Part shown: piece by piece, positions 19,402 to 28,552 of the stretch | Position numbering within the stretch: the stretch's first letter is position 1 | How the letters are laid out: each line of letters begins with the position of its first letter | From: Thermoplasmata archaeon | Lineage (GTDB): Archaea; Thermoplasmatota; Thermoplasmata; Lutacidiplasmatales; UBA184 | Reading direction: 5' to 3' | DNA: 52,997 nucleotides | NCBI GenBank assembly: GCA_030041175.1 | Contig: JASHOK010000038.1 | Span: forward strand, 1 to 52,997 | Made by a program: the position numbers and the translations under genes | Notes under the pieces: generated by a model | The model's database searches: none | What the model was told of the DNA's origin: nothing | What the model saw: only the letters and a program-made list of their open reading frames with translations

Positions 19402-20559
19402 GTGAATCTGGACCTCTCGCCCGACGAGGTCGAGCTTCAATCGACCGTTCGCCGGTTTGTCAGGAAGGAGGTCGCTCCGGTCGCCGACCGGATGGACCGG
19501 GAGGACTACTTTCCCCGGGACCTCTTTAGCCGCCTCGGCGCCCAGGGTTTGCTCGGACCGTCGATTCCCACCGAGTACGACGGGCTCGGGCTGACGTACC
19601 GGACTCAGGCCATCATCTTGGAGGAGATCGCACGGTCCAGCCCCGCCCTCGCGCTGAGCGTGGGAGCACACTCCAACCTGTGCGCGGACAACCTCTGCCG
19701 GAACGGCACTCCGGACCAGCGCCAGCACTTCCTCCCTGACCTCGTGGCCGGCCGGACGATCGGAGCTCTCGCCCTGACCGAGCCGTCTTCCGGCTCGGAT
19801 GCGGTCTCGCTCCGTACTCGTGCCGAACGACAGGGAGACCATTACGTGCTCAACGGCTCGAAACAGTTCATTACGAACGGCCCGGTGGCCGATACCCTCC
19901 TGATCTACGCCAAGACCGCTCCGTCGAAGGCCGCTCAAGGGATCAGTGCCTTCGTGGTGAGCCGGGACACGCCGGGTTTCTCCGTGACTCGGAGCCTCGA
20001 CAAGATGGGGATGCGCGGGTCGCCGACCGGGGAGCTAGCCTTCCAGGACTGCCGGATCCCGGCGAGTCAGCTCGTCGGCGAGGAGAATCGGGGCGTGGCG
20101 GTCATGATGAGCGGCCTCAACGTAGAACGTGCCGTGCTCGCGGCCATTCCGGTCGGCATCATGGCCGAGTGCCTGGAGCGGAGCCTCGAGTATGCCCGGC
20201 AGCGGGAGCAATTCGGCAAGAAGATCGGGCAGTTCGAGCTGATCCAGGAGAAGTTGGCGAACATGTACGCCCAGCTGCAGGCCTCTCGGCTGCTGCTCCT
20301 CGAGGCTCTGTCCTCCGTCGCAGGGGACAAGCGAAGCCATCGGGCCAGCGCCACGGCGTTGACCTTTGCCTCCGAGGCCTCCACACGGGTCGCCCTGGAG
20401 GCGATCCAGGTGTTCGGAGGCTATGGCTACATGCGAGACCTCCCGCTGGAGCGGCTGGCGCGAGACGCGAAGCTGCTCGAGATCGGCGCGGGCACCTCCG
20501 AGATTCGCAGACTGCTCGTAGCTCGGGAGCTCTTGGGCGACGGATTCGACGCCGCCTAG
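19402..20559 (+). CDS. acyl-CoA dehydrogenase (isovaleryl-CoA dehydrogenase-like)
   Basis: LSVGAHSNLC, ALTEPSSGSD, NGSKQFITNG, KMGMRGSPT, GLNVER, FGGYGY, EIGAGTSEIRR. Confidence 0.92.
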   Translation: MNLDLSPDEVELQSTVRRFVRKEVAPVADRMDREDYFPRDLFSRLGAQGLLGPSIPTEYDGLGLTYRTQAIILEEIARSSPALALSVGAHSNLCADNLCRNGTPDQRQHFLPDLVAGRTIGALALTEPSSGSDAVSLRTRAERQGDHYVLNGSKQFITNGPVADTLLIYAKTAPSKAAQGISAFVVSRDTPGFSVTRSLDKMGMRGSPTGELAFQDCRIPASQLVGEENRGVAVMMSGLNVERAVLAAIPVGIMAECLERSLEYARQREQFGKKIGQFELIQEKLANMYAQLQASRLLLLEALSSVAGDKRSHRASATALTFASEASTRVALEAIQVFGGYGYMRDLPLERLARDAKLLEIGAGTSEIRRLLVARELLGDGFDAA

Positions 20560-20687
20560 GCGGGTCGAGGAGGCCGATCCGGACCCGGACGGCCTCCGCC
20601 GGCCGCATCCGGCGGGATTCCTGTCGGAACGAAGCACTCCTCTCAGGAGCGAAGGTTTTTGCCCTCTCTCGGTCCATCAGCCGGTTG

Positions 20688-21446
20688 ATGGCGGGACGTC
20701 CCGCGGGCACCGCGCCCGTACCGCAGATTCGCACCGAGGTGCTCAAGGAGCTCCAGCAGATCCTCGAGAATCGGGACCAGAGGGACCGCCTCGACCGGGG
20801 CCCCCTGGCCGAGACCAAGGGGCGCGAGCACTGGGTGCTCCACCTCCTCCTGCGGGCCTTCGAGCAGGAACAGGCCCACGTCAACACTCTCGTCGGCACG
20901 GCCTACTCGAACCTCCTGGCCCGGTTCCAGGCGCTCGAGGACCGGGTGGCGCACGTCGAAGACCTCGAAACCGCGACCGAGAACGACTTCCGGGGACGCT
21001 TCGACTCCCTGGAGGGTAGCCTGGTCCAGCAGCTCCAGCGCGGCATCGATAGCTCCGTCCAGCAGATGACCGGGACCCTCACGACCTCGATGAACGAGAA
21101 CCTGGACCGGAAGTGGAAACCGATCAGCGAGTCGGTCGAGACCTTCGCGACGGGGTCCAAGCAGATCCTGAAGGACGTGGCCGACACCTACCGGGTCGCT
21201 ACGCAGACCCGACTCCTGCTCAACGAGAATGCTCGACGGATTACCGACCTGGGCCGGGACCTGCTCGCCCTGGAGGACAGCCTCAAGCTGGTGGTCAGTA
21301 AGACGCTCGAAGAAGCCCTGCTACCCTTCGAGCAGCGTCTCGGCGCGCTCGAAGCGCACCTCGGCATCCCCGCGTCTCCCCCTGCGGCCCGGCCGACGAC
21401 CAACGGGACGGTAGAACCCAACGGCACAGCCACGCCGCCCGCGTAA
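20688..21446 (+). CDS. hypothetical alpha-helical coiled-coil protein
   Basis: Heptad-rich L/E/Q/R composition, typical codon usage, no enzyme motif. Confidence 0.7.
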   Translation: MAGRPAGTAPVPQIRTEVLKELQQILENRDQRDRLDRGPLAETKGREHWVLHLLLRAFEQEQAHVNTLVGTAYSNLLARFQALEDRVAHVEDLETATENDFRGRFDSLEGSLVQQLQRGIDSSVQQMTGTLTTSMNENLDRKWKPISESVETFATGSKQILKDVADTYRVATQTRLLLNENARRITDLGRDLLALEDSLKLVVSKTLEEALLPFEQRLGALEAHLGIPASPPAARPTTNGTVEPNGTATPPA

Positions 21447-21468
21447 GCGCTCGGCAAACCGCCGCGAG

Positions 21469-22275
21469 ATGACGCGGTTCCCCCGGTCCCACCCCCGATA
21501 CCGGAGCCTCGTCATCCGCGCCCGGCTGGCCGATGCATTGCGTACCGGCCTCGTGGTGCCGGAGGGGCTCATAGCGCACGGGCGGGCAGAGGCCTTCGAC
21601 TACCTGCTGGGCGAACGCACATCGGCGTCGGCCTCCAAGGCTATCCAGGCGGCTGCCCGCTGGTTGGTGGTCGCCCGGTTCCCTGTGATCAGCGTGAACG
21701 GTAATGTCGCAGCCCTGGCCGGGCCGGAAATCGCGGAGCTCGTCCGGGCGCTGCCCACGCTGTCCGTAGAGGTCAATCTGTTCCATCGCACACCGGGCCG
21801 TGCGGCCCGGGTCGCAGCGCGTCTCCGAGCCGCGGGGGTGTCCCAGGTGCTCGGACTTCACCCCACGGTCCGTGTGCCGGGCCTGCCGTCGGACCGGGGG
21901 CTGGTAGACCGCCGGGGCATCGCTCGGGCGGATGTGGTCCTAGTTCCGCTCGAGGACGGAGACCGGACGCAGGCCCTCCGCCGGATCGGGAAGCGAGTGA
22001 TCGCGATCGACCTCAACCCCTTGTCCCGGACCTCGGTCGCCGCCGACATCCCGGTCGTGGATGAGCTCGGGCGGGCGCTCGGCCGGCTCGCCCGAGAGGT
22101 CCGCGCGGAACGCCGGCGGCCGCAGCGCCGGTCCTACCCGGCCTTCGACGGTGCAGCGGCCCGTGCCGACGCACTCGCCACGATCAACCGCCGCCTCGCA
22201 ACGGCGCTCGACCGCCGAGGATCTCGGGCAGCACCTGCTCCGCCAAGGACGCGACCCGCTCGGCGACGGCGGTGA
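21469..22275 (+). CDS. pps: archaeal phosphopantothenate synthetase
   Basis: SHPRYRSL, GLIAHGRAEAFDYLLGE, VISVNGN, EVNLFHRT, VPLEDGDR, IDLNPLSRT. Confidence 0.93.
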   Translation: MTRFPRSHPRYRSLVIRARLADALRTGLVVPEGLIAHGRAEAFDYLLGERTSASASKAIQAAARWLVVARFPVISVNGNVAALAGPEIAELVRALPTLSVEVNLFHRTPGRAARVAARLRAAGVSQVLGLHPTVRVPGLPSDRGLVDRRGIARADVVLVPLEDGDRTQALRRIGKRVIAIDLNPLSRTSVAADIPVVDELGRALGRLAREVRAERRRPQRRSYPAFDGAAARADALATINRRLATALDRRGSRAAPAPPRTRPARRRR

Positions 22276-22699
22276 GGAAGCGCTCGTCCGATGCGTCGTA
22301 GGCGCGCACCTCGTTCCCATCGATATCGATCTCCCCTACGACATGCCCGTCCCGTCGGATCGGCACGACGATCTCGGCGCGAGTCTCCAGAAAGCACGCC
22401 AGGTATTCCGGTGCCGCACGGACGTCGTCGACGATGACGGAACGATTCTCTCGCACCGCCTTTCCGCAGATGCCGGATGCGACGGGGATCGAGACGTGCT
22501 CCGTGGCCTGGGCGCCGGCCCAGGCGGCCAGCCGAAGGGTCTCTCCGTCCCGGAGGTAGATGCCCACCCACCGGTACTGGTGGAACTCGTGCCGGAGGAA
22601 CCGGCAGACCTCGCCCAGCGCATCGATGCCGCTGAGATGGGCGAGGATCGAGTCGACCTGAAGGAGCGACGGCGTGACCTGGACGGACCTTACGGGCAT
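22184..22699 (-). CDS. msrC: GAF domain protein, free methionine-R-sulfoxide reductase-like
   Basis: WVGIY, GICG, YLAC, EIVVPI, GEIDID. Confidence 0.82.
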   Translation of the reverse strand: MPVRSVQVTPSLLQVDSILAHLSGIDALGEVCRFLRHEFHQYRWVGIYLRDGETLRLAAWAGAQATEHVSIPVASGICGKAVRENRSVIVDDVRAAPEYLACFLETRAEIVVPIRRDGHVVGEIDIDGNEVRAYDASDERFLTAVAERVASLAEQVLPEILGGRAPLRGGG

Positions 22700-22731
22700 A
22701 CGGGTTCACCGGGGCGGAGCGCCGGAGGGAG

Positions 22732-22849
22732 CGCCGAGGGGGAGAATTTCCGCCGACTCGGGTCGGCCGATGTCGGCGTTTGAACTCCCGAGGCGTATGC
22801 CGCCACGAGCTTTCCAGACTCGCGCCGTACCGGACTGAGCCACCTCGGC
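22732..22849 (-). tRNA. tRNA-Ser(GGA) with 33-nt intron in the T-loop (intron 22746-22778); CCA not encoded
   Basis: Acceptor GCCGAGG/CCTCGGC, discriminator G, anticodon arm CGAGT-CTGGAAA-GCTCG (GGA at 22813-22815), long variable arm GGCG/CGCC, T-stem GGGAG/CTCCC; removing the intron restores TTCAAAT. Confidence 0.93.
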
Positions 22850-22910
22850 ACGCCCGGGGAATCGGACCGGGGTCGCCCTATTACCTCTTTGGCACGTCCT
22901 CGGCGGCGGG

Positions 22911-23147
22911 CTACGGGTTCGGGAACCAGCCGCACCGGACGCAGCCTGCGGCGCGCGAGGTCGGCTCAATCTCCGTGCCACACTCGGGGCAGGGCATCGC
23001 CTCCGGCCCGAGCAGGGACATGCAGTCGAAACAGGCACCCCCCCGGTGGTCCGAGGGCAGCACCACGATCGACTTCCCGCAAAAGAGGCAATGCTGGTAT
23101 CGGTCCTCGGCGCTCGGGAAGAAACGCCGATCGGAGTGTGCCAGCAT
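22911..23147 (-). CDS. small double zinc-ribbon protein
   Basis: Four CxxC motifs (CLFC, CFDC, CPEC, CVRC); TATA-like CTTATGTA about 25 nt upstream. Confidence 0.7.
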   Translation of the reverse strand: MLAHSDRRFFPSAEDRYQHCLFCGKSIVVLPSDHRGGACFDCMSLLGPEAMPCPECGTEIEPTSRAAGCVRCGWFPNP

Positions 23148-23240
23148 TCGGGCCGCTCGACCAGTGCTCGCGTACATAAGCCCTGTTGCGCCCCTCGCTC
23201 CGCGGATCTCTCCGGTCGTCGTTTCGGGCGCGGGGCGTCG

Positions 23241-24005
23241 CTACGGCTCTCGCCAGCGGGCCTTGGTGGCGGCGAGCAGGATCAGCACGATGGTGAGCCC
23301 TCCCAGGACCGCCCAGTCCAGGGCGGTCGCGGCTGCCGAGGGCGCTTCGTAGCAGGCCGAGCCGGCCGCACAGAGTCCCCGATGGACGAGGTCGGCGGCA
23401 TAGGTGGTCGGCGAGAGGTAGGCGGCCCATCGAAGGGTGGGCGGAATGTACGTGATCGGATAGTAGACCGGCGGCAGCGTCGTCATCAGAATCGAGATGA
23501 GCGGTGCGAACACGAACGCCTCTCGGATGTCCGAAAAGTAGGTCGCGAGAGTGAAACCGAATGCCGTGGAGAAGCCCCAGATCAGCACCAGGGCGCCGAC
23601 GAGGGTCAGCGTTCCGACGACCGTGTAGTCGAGGACGCCGATCGACAACAGCAGGAAGACCGCCAGGCCCGGGATCGAATAGACGAACTCGGAGAAGGCC
23701 ATGCCGGCGACGTAGACCGGAGCTTCTACCGGGGACGCCACGACCACGTCCTGAAACTTCAGGTCCTGCTTGTAGTGCACGAGGTCGGCCTGGATGCCGG
23801 TGCCGGTCGTCAGGATGGTGAGGATGAGGCCGCCTGTGATGGCGAAGGAGCTGAGCGCGCCGCGCGAGGCAACGTCGATGAAGAACAGGAAGGCGAGGGG
23901 CGACGCGATGGTGTTCAAGAGATAGAGCGGCTGGGCTCGCATCGGCAGGATACCGTTCAGGTAGACGATCGACAGGAAGGACCGAATCCGGTTGCGCGCG
24001 CTCAT
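23241..24005 (-). CDS. ABC-2 type exporter permease
   Basis: Six TM; PVYYPITYIP, SPTTYA; overlaps the ATPase gene. Confidence 0.88.
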   Translation of the reverse strand: MSARNRIRSFLSIVYLNGILPMRAQPLYLLNTIASPLAFLFFIDVASRGALSSFAITGGLILTILTTGTGIQADLVHYKQDLKFQDVVVASPVEAPVYVAGMAFSEFVYSIPGLAVFLLLSIGVLDYTVVGTLTLVGALVLIWGFSTAFGFTLATYFSDIREAFVFAPLISILMTTLPPVYYPITYIPPTLRWAAYLSPTTYAADLVHRGLCAAGSACYEAPSAAATALDWAVLGGLTIVLILLAATKARWREP

Positions 24006-24949
24006 GCCGGCTCCTCGGCCGTCTCGGATGGTTCCCCTTCATCGAGCGGACGACCCACCAGCTGCAGGAAGATGTCCTCGAGGCTGACCGGCGCCAGGGC
24101 GACCCGGCTGCCCCGAGCCAGGGCGGTCTGGACCAGCTCCCGCGCCTCCTTCTCTCGCGTGAACAGGAGGTGCCCACCGACCACCGGCGTGACGGGGCCG
24201 TACGGTGCAAGTTCCTCGACGCTCCAGCTCGAATCGAGCGTGACCCGGTAGGGCAGCTGCACGCGGGCTCGAATGGAATCCGGGGTTCCCTCCACACGGA
24301 GGTGACCGCCCTCGAGGAGGGCGAGCCGCGACGAGAGCGCCTCGGCCTCGTCGAGGTAGTGGGTAGTGAGGAGCACTGTACGATGCTCTCGGGTGGCCCG
24401 CTGGATCGCCGCCCAGACCTCCCGGCGGGCGAGGGGATCGAGCCCCGTGGTCGGCTCGTCGAGGAACAGCAGCTCTGCGTCCGAGGCGAGCACCATCGCC
24501 ACCATCACGCGTCGGCGCTGACCACCGGAGAGCCGACTGACGAGCCGCCGGCGCACGTCGCCGAGCCCGAGCTCGTCGATGACATCGTTCCGCCGTCGAT
24601 GCGTTTCGGGCCGGTCCATCCCGCGCATCCGGAGATACCCGTCGATGAGCTGCTCGGTCGTCGCGAAGTACAGCGGTCGCGATTCTTGGGGCACCATCGC
24701 GATCCGGCGACGGATCTCCCGCTCCTCGGTCCGGATGTCGTATCCCAGAACGGTCGCCGTACCGCTCGTGGGAAGGAGCAGCGTTCCCGTGATCCGAAGG
24801 AAGGTGGTCTTCCCGGCCCCGTTCCGACCGATCAACCCGTAGGTTTCCCCGCCGGGAATGTCGAACGACACATCGTCGAGCGCTCGGGTGGAACCGCCTC
24901 GATAGGTGTACGTCTTCGAGAGTCGTTGTGCGGAAACCGCCGTCGCCAT
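24002..24949 (-). CDS. ABC exporter ATP-binding protein
   Basis: GRNGAGKTT, LSGGQ, LFLDEPTTGLD, TTHYLDEAE, SLEDIF. Confidence 0.95.
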   Translation of the reverse strand: MATAVSAQRLSKTYTYRGGSTRALDDVSFDIPGGETYGLIGRNGAGKTTFLRITGTLLLPTSGTATVLGYDIRTEEREIRRRIAMVPQESRPLYFATTEQLIDGYLRMRGMDRPETHRRRNDVIDELGLGDVRRRLVSRLSGGQRRRVMVAMVLASDAELLFLDEPTTGLDPLARREVWAAIQRATREHRTVLLTTHYLDEAEALSSRLALLEGGHLRVEGTPDSIRARVQLPYRVTLDSSWSVEELAPYGPVTPVVGGHLLFTREKEARELVQTALARGSRVALAPVSLEDIFLQLVGRPLDEGEPSETAEEPA

Positions 24950-25020
24950 GAATCCGTTCGCGTCTCCGATGACGGAATCGGCCTACCGTCGGGGCCCGAC
25001 GACCGCGCGAGGCTGCCGCA

Positions 25021-26088
25021 CTAGCTCAGCACCTCGCCCAGTCGGTCTTCGGCCCGAGCCCGCTTGAGCTCGAGGGCAATCCGGCGACCGGTGGACAGCT
25101 GGGGCGCCACCAGGTCCGAGTAGCTCGAGCCGGAGGGGAACAGGTTCGTGCCGGCGACGATCCGCGTCGAGATCTCGAACACCTTGAACTGGAGTTCCTC
25201 CGTCACAATGCCCTCCACGCAGAACGGGCCGACCATGCCACCGAACAGGTCGACCGAGGTGTCCACGATCCGCGCGGCGACGTCGAAGACCTGCGGCAGG
25301 AGCGATTCGCGCAGCACCACCGGTACGTTGCCCGTCACGACGAAGGTGGGCCGGATCCCCGCCCGCCGAAGGCCCTCCTGGGCTCCGAGCTTGTACAGCT
25401 CGTCGATGTTCGCCTCGTCCCGGCGGTCCATCCCGAGGAGCTCGATCGAGCCATGGCGCACCCGGTATCCGTCTTCGGACAGCGGGGAATAGAAGAAGTG
25501 CACGTAATACCGGGTGCCGACGACGTACTCCTGGATGACGTAGGGGCCGGTGGGCCGGAAGTCGGCGAGCTCTTCGGGATTCTTGGCGAGGAAGAAGCCC
25601 TTGCCGCCCTTCGCCCCATAGTACTTGATGATCACCGGCCCGTCGACCGCATCGAGGTTCGCGAACTTCTTCGGCATCGGAACCTGGGCCTGTTCCAGCC
25701 ACTCTCGTTCCTTTTCCCGGTCCGACTCCCATCCGAGAACCTTCCGGTTCCCGAAGACCGGGACCTCGAGGGCGTTGAAGGCGGTGGGACCGAGGTACTC
25801 CACGAAGGAGCCGGTGGGCACGATCACGGCGCCTTCCCGTTGGAGCGTGGCCGCGTGCCGACCGAGTTCCGCGAGCTTGGGCAGAGACAGGAACCGGTCG
25901 GGCCGGGCCAGCGGGAACGCCTCGTAGAACCGTGGCGGCTTACCGACCGCGATGCCCAGTGTGCCGAGGCCCTCGTGACGGGCGCCGTGAAAAATCTGCA
26001 GGGAGGAATGGGAGCACAGCGTGGCGATGACCGGGGTCCGCTCCTTCACCGCCGCGACACGGGACGCGGAGGCGAGCTCGATTCCCAT
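25021..26088 (-). CDS. purP: FAICAR synthetase (PurP family ATP-grasp)
   Basis: ATLCSHSSLQI, PTGSFVEY, FGNRKVLGWE, GAKGGKG, VTGNVPVVLRESLL, FEISTRIVAGTN. Confidence 0.93.
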   Translation of the reverse strand: MGIELASASRVAAVKERTPVIATLCSHSSLQIFHGARHEGLGTLGIAVGKPPRFYEAFPLARPDRFLSLPKLAELGRHAATLQREGAVIVPTGSFVEYLGPTAFNALEVPVFGNRKVLGWESDREKEREWLEQAQVPMPKKFANLDAVDGPVIIKYYGAKGGKGFFLAKNPEELADFRPTGPYVIQEYVVGTRYYVHFFYSPLSEDGYRVRHGSIELLGMDRRDEANIDELYKLGAQEGLRRAGIRPTFVVTGNVPVVLRESLLPQVFDVAARIVDTSVDLFGGMVGPFCVEGIVTEELQFKVFEISTRIVAGTNLFPSGSSYSDLVAPQLSTGRRIALELKRARAEDRLGEVLS

Positions 26089-26134
26089 ACGGGAAAGGAA
26101 CGGGATTCGGAGATAGCCTTTGCGCGCCGGAGCG

Positions 26135-27343
26135 TCACGAATCCGGTTCCGGGTGGTCCAGCTCCCAGTACCAGCGGACCTGTCGACCGCCTCGCTTCGA
26201 GATCTCGTGTCGGACCGCCGGGTCGATTGTCGGGTCCCGGACCAGTCGCTGGATCTCGGCCGCGTCCAGGCGGCTCGCCCGGGGCAGCAGCCCGTGCTCC
26301 TCGAGGAGCGGACGGACGCCGTCGGGCGCGTAACTCCACTCCTCCTCGCGGCGGCGGATCGCCACTCCGGCGCGTCCCGGCAGCCGATGGACTCCCAGCC
26401 GCTCAGCCTCCGCATGCAGCTCGTCGGCCACCCGGTGGAGGTCGGCGTCGACCTTCTCGCCGTCCTTCCGCAGCTGGATGAAGCGGTCGACGAGGGACTC
26501 GAGACGCTGTCGTTCCTCCAGGGGGACCTCTCGGAACTCGGGACACAGCCCCCGGAAGTCACATCGCTCGCACTGGCGGCCCGGCGTAGGGTCGAACTGC
26601 TGACTCCGGATGCCGTCCGCCACTTCGCCGACCTTCTGGGACAGATGGGCGAGCGTGGTCGCACTCCGGGCCGCGCTCCGATGGGGAGTGAGCGATCGCA
26701 GATGGTAGAGCGTCAGATGCTCGACGGGCAGGGCGTAGTTGGTCTCGACCAGGACCTGGTACATCGACAGCTGGTCGGACTGCCGGGCCTCGTGAGCGGC
26801 CATCTCTCGGCTCGTCTTGTAGTCCAGGACCTCGAGGCCCCCGCGGGGAGTGAGATCGATGCGGTCCACGTACCCGTGCACCGCGACTCCGTCCAGCGTG
26901 GACTGGAGGTACTCTTCGATGGCCACCGGTCGAGGATGTTCCTCCAAGAACTGGTCATAGTACCGGAGGAGCAGATTTTCGCCCAACCCCTTGTACCGGT
27001 TCTCCTCCTCCGGCGAGGAGTAGCCGTCTCGGACCCAGAGGCGGTCGTAGGCCGCCAGCAGCTCGTCCTTGCTGAGCGGCCGAGGATGGCTCTCGACCAT
27101 CGGGCCGGAGGGCTGCCATTCGTCGAGCCGACGCTGCGAGGTGCCCGAGCTCTTTCGGGGAACGGCTTCGGGCACGAGAAACGGCCGGACCAGCTCCTCG
27201 AGGACCGAGTGGATGGTTCGACCGAACGAGAAGTAGGAACGCGGTGCCTCGGGCAGCTTGTCGACGTAGAGGAATTTCCACCGCAGCGGGCACTCGAGGT
27301 AGGTCCGCAGCGACGAGTAGCTCAGCGGACGCAGCTCGCTCAC
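26135..27343 (-). CDS. PD-(D/E)XK nuclease, RecB/AddB/Cas4-like with Fe-S cysteines
   Basis: LSYSSL.TY.ECP, FGRTIH, GYVDRID, VLDYKTS, QLSMY, CERCDFRGLC. Confidence 0.9.
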   Translation of the reverse strand: MSELRPLSYSSLRTYLECPLRWKFLYVDKLPEAPRSYFSFGRTIHSVLEELVRPFLVPEAVPRKSSGTSQRRLDEWQPSGPMVESHPRPLSKDELLAAYDRLWVRDGYSSPEEENRYKGLGENLLLRYYDQFLEEHPRPVAIEEYLQSTLDGVAVHGYVDRIDLTPRGGLEVLDYKTSREMAAHEARQSDQLSMYQVLVETNYALPVEHLTLYHLRSLTPHRSAARSATTLAHLSQKVGEVADGIRSQQFDPTPGRQCERCDFRGLCPEFREVPLEERQRLESLVDRFIQLRKDGEKVDADLHRVADELHAEAERLGVHRLPGRAGVAIRRREEEWSYAPDGVRPLLEEHGLLPRASRLDAAEIQRLVRDPTIDPAVRHEISKRGGRQVRWYWELDHPEPDS

Positions 27344-27412
27344 GGGGCTGCGCAGCCCTCCGCGACCATAACGGGTTGGGGCCGGGGGTCACCCCCGGTC
27401 CCGGCGGCGGAC

Positions 27413-28513
27413 TCAGTGGCCGGCGGCGAGCGGGGCGTCGGCCAGGGAGTCCTCGCCCAACTTCGGGGCCGGGAGGGTCCCGCGGGCCTGCGGGTTCGAG
27501 AGGTTCTTCGGAAGGCCCAGCAGGTCGAGGAGCTCCTTGTAGTGGTTGCGGATCGTGACCGGGGTCACGTTCGCGACCGCGGCGATCCGGTCCTGACTGC
27601 GAGGCTCGCCCATCAGGTTCGACGCGATGTAGATGATGGTCGCGAGGATGCCGTTGGGGAGGACGCCGCTGGTCGAGTAGACCTTCTCCACCTGCTCCAG
27701 GAGGCCAAGGACCTTCTGACGGACCTCCTTCGACAGGTTGAGGTCCTGGGTGAAGCGGACCAGGTAGTCGCGCGGCTCCACGGGCTTGAGCCCGAGCTTG
27801 AGTTCGCGAGCGAGCAGCGTGTACGCCCGGCCGACCTCGATCTTGGTCGCCTTGGAGTGCTGGATGATCTCCTTCATCGTCCGCGGCACGCGGCACTGCC
27901 GACAGGCCGCGTAGACTGACGCGGCCACGAGGGCCACGATCTTCTTGCCGCGCGTCGCTTTGTGCTCGAGCGCTCGACGGTAAATGTAGGTCGCCGACTC
28001 CTTGACCTCCCGCGAGAGGCCCAGAACCCCGGCGAGGCGGTTGAGCTCACCGAGGGCGACGACCAGGTTGCGCTGATGCGTCCGTGCGGCCCGAAGCCGG
28101 TGGTTGAGCTTGCGGAGGTGGTAGAACTTGAGCGACGTGTTCCGGGAGAGCGAATTGCCCTGGAAGTCGCGCGTCGGAACTCCGATCTCGCTGAACAATC
28201 CCTTGTCGGGCATCAGCGGCGAGATCACGGGGCCCCAGCCCCGGGCCTCCCGACCGGTGTCCTCCTTGCTGCCGCGCTGTCCGCGGTCCGACACCAGGGC
28301 GCTGGCGTCCACGACGAGTCCGCAGTCCGCGCAGACGATCTCCCCGCGGATGTCGTCGCGGGTCAGGTGGGTGGAGCCGCAGTTGGTACAAACGTCCTCA
28401 GAAACGGTCGCCGGAGCCGACACGTCCGGAGCCTCAGGCGCCGAACGGAGGGCGGCGGGACTCGGGTGCTTGCTACGCGTCGAGCGAGTAGAAAGTGATG
28501 CGTGGGTCTGCAT
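27413..28513 (-). CDS. tfb: transcription initiation factor IIB paralog
   Basis: CTNCGS...GEIVCADCGLV Zn ribbon, RNLVVAL.EL, AASVYAACR, PRTMKEI, VTPVTIRNHYKEL. Confidence 0.93.
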   Translation of the reverse strand: MQTHASLSTRSTRSKHPSPAALRSAPEAPDVSAPATVSEDVCTNCGSTHLTRDDIRGEIVCADCGLVVDASALVSDRGQRGSKEDTGREARGWGPVISPLMPDKGLFSEIGVPTRDFQGNSLSRNTSLKFYHLRKLNHRLRAARTHQRNLVVALGELNRLAGVLGLSREVKESATYIYRRALEHKATRGKKIVALVAASVYAACRQCRVPRTMKEIIQHSKATKIEVGRAYTLLARELKLGLKPVEPRDYLVRFTQDLNLSKEVRQKVLGLLEQVEKVYSTSGVLPNGILATIIYIASNLMGEPRSQDRIAAVANVTPVTIRNHYKELLDLLGLPKNLSNPQARGTLPAPKLGEDSLADAPLAAGH

Positions 28514-28544
28514 GATATCTCCGAGGGGAGGAGGGGGCCGGGAC

Positions 28545-28552
28545 TATTTATA
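28545..28552 (-). promoter_or_regulatory. consensus TATA box of tfb
   Basis: TATAAATA on the minus strand about 32 nt upstream of ATG; A7 tract upstream; GGAG SD-like before ATG. Confidence 0.75.

Noticed and set aside
22184-22275. Convergent 3' overlaps (pps/GAF, alaX/GNAT at 710-750, 6225-6271)
   Set aside because: Common in compact GC-rich genomes; overlapping tails are low-complexity.
22746-22778. Interrupted tRNA 3' end as an integration scar or pseudogene
   Set aside because: The insert is only 33 nt, forms a BHB-like motif and its removal gives a perfect T-arm; no integrase or duplicated tRNA end was seen.
26135-27343. CRISPR-Cas locus suggested by the Cas4-like gene or by TnpB as Cas12f
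   Set aside because: No repeat-spacer array and no cas1/cas2 were found by eye in the window.
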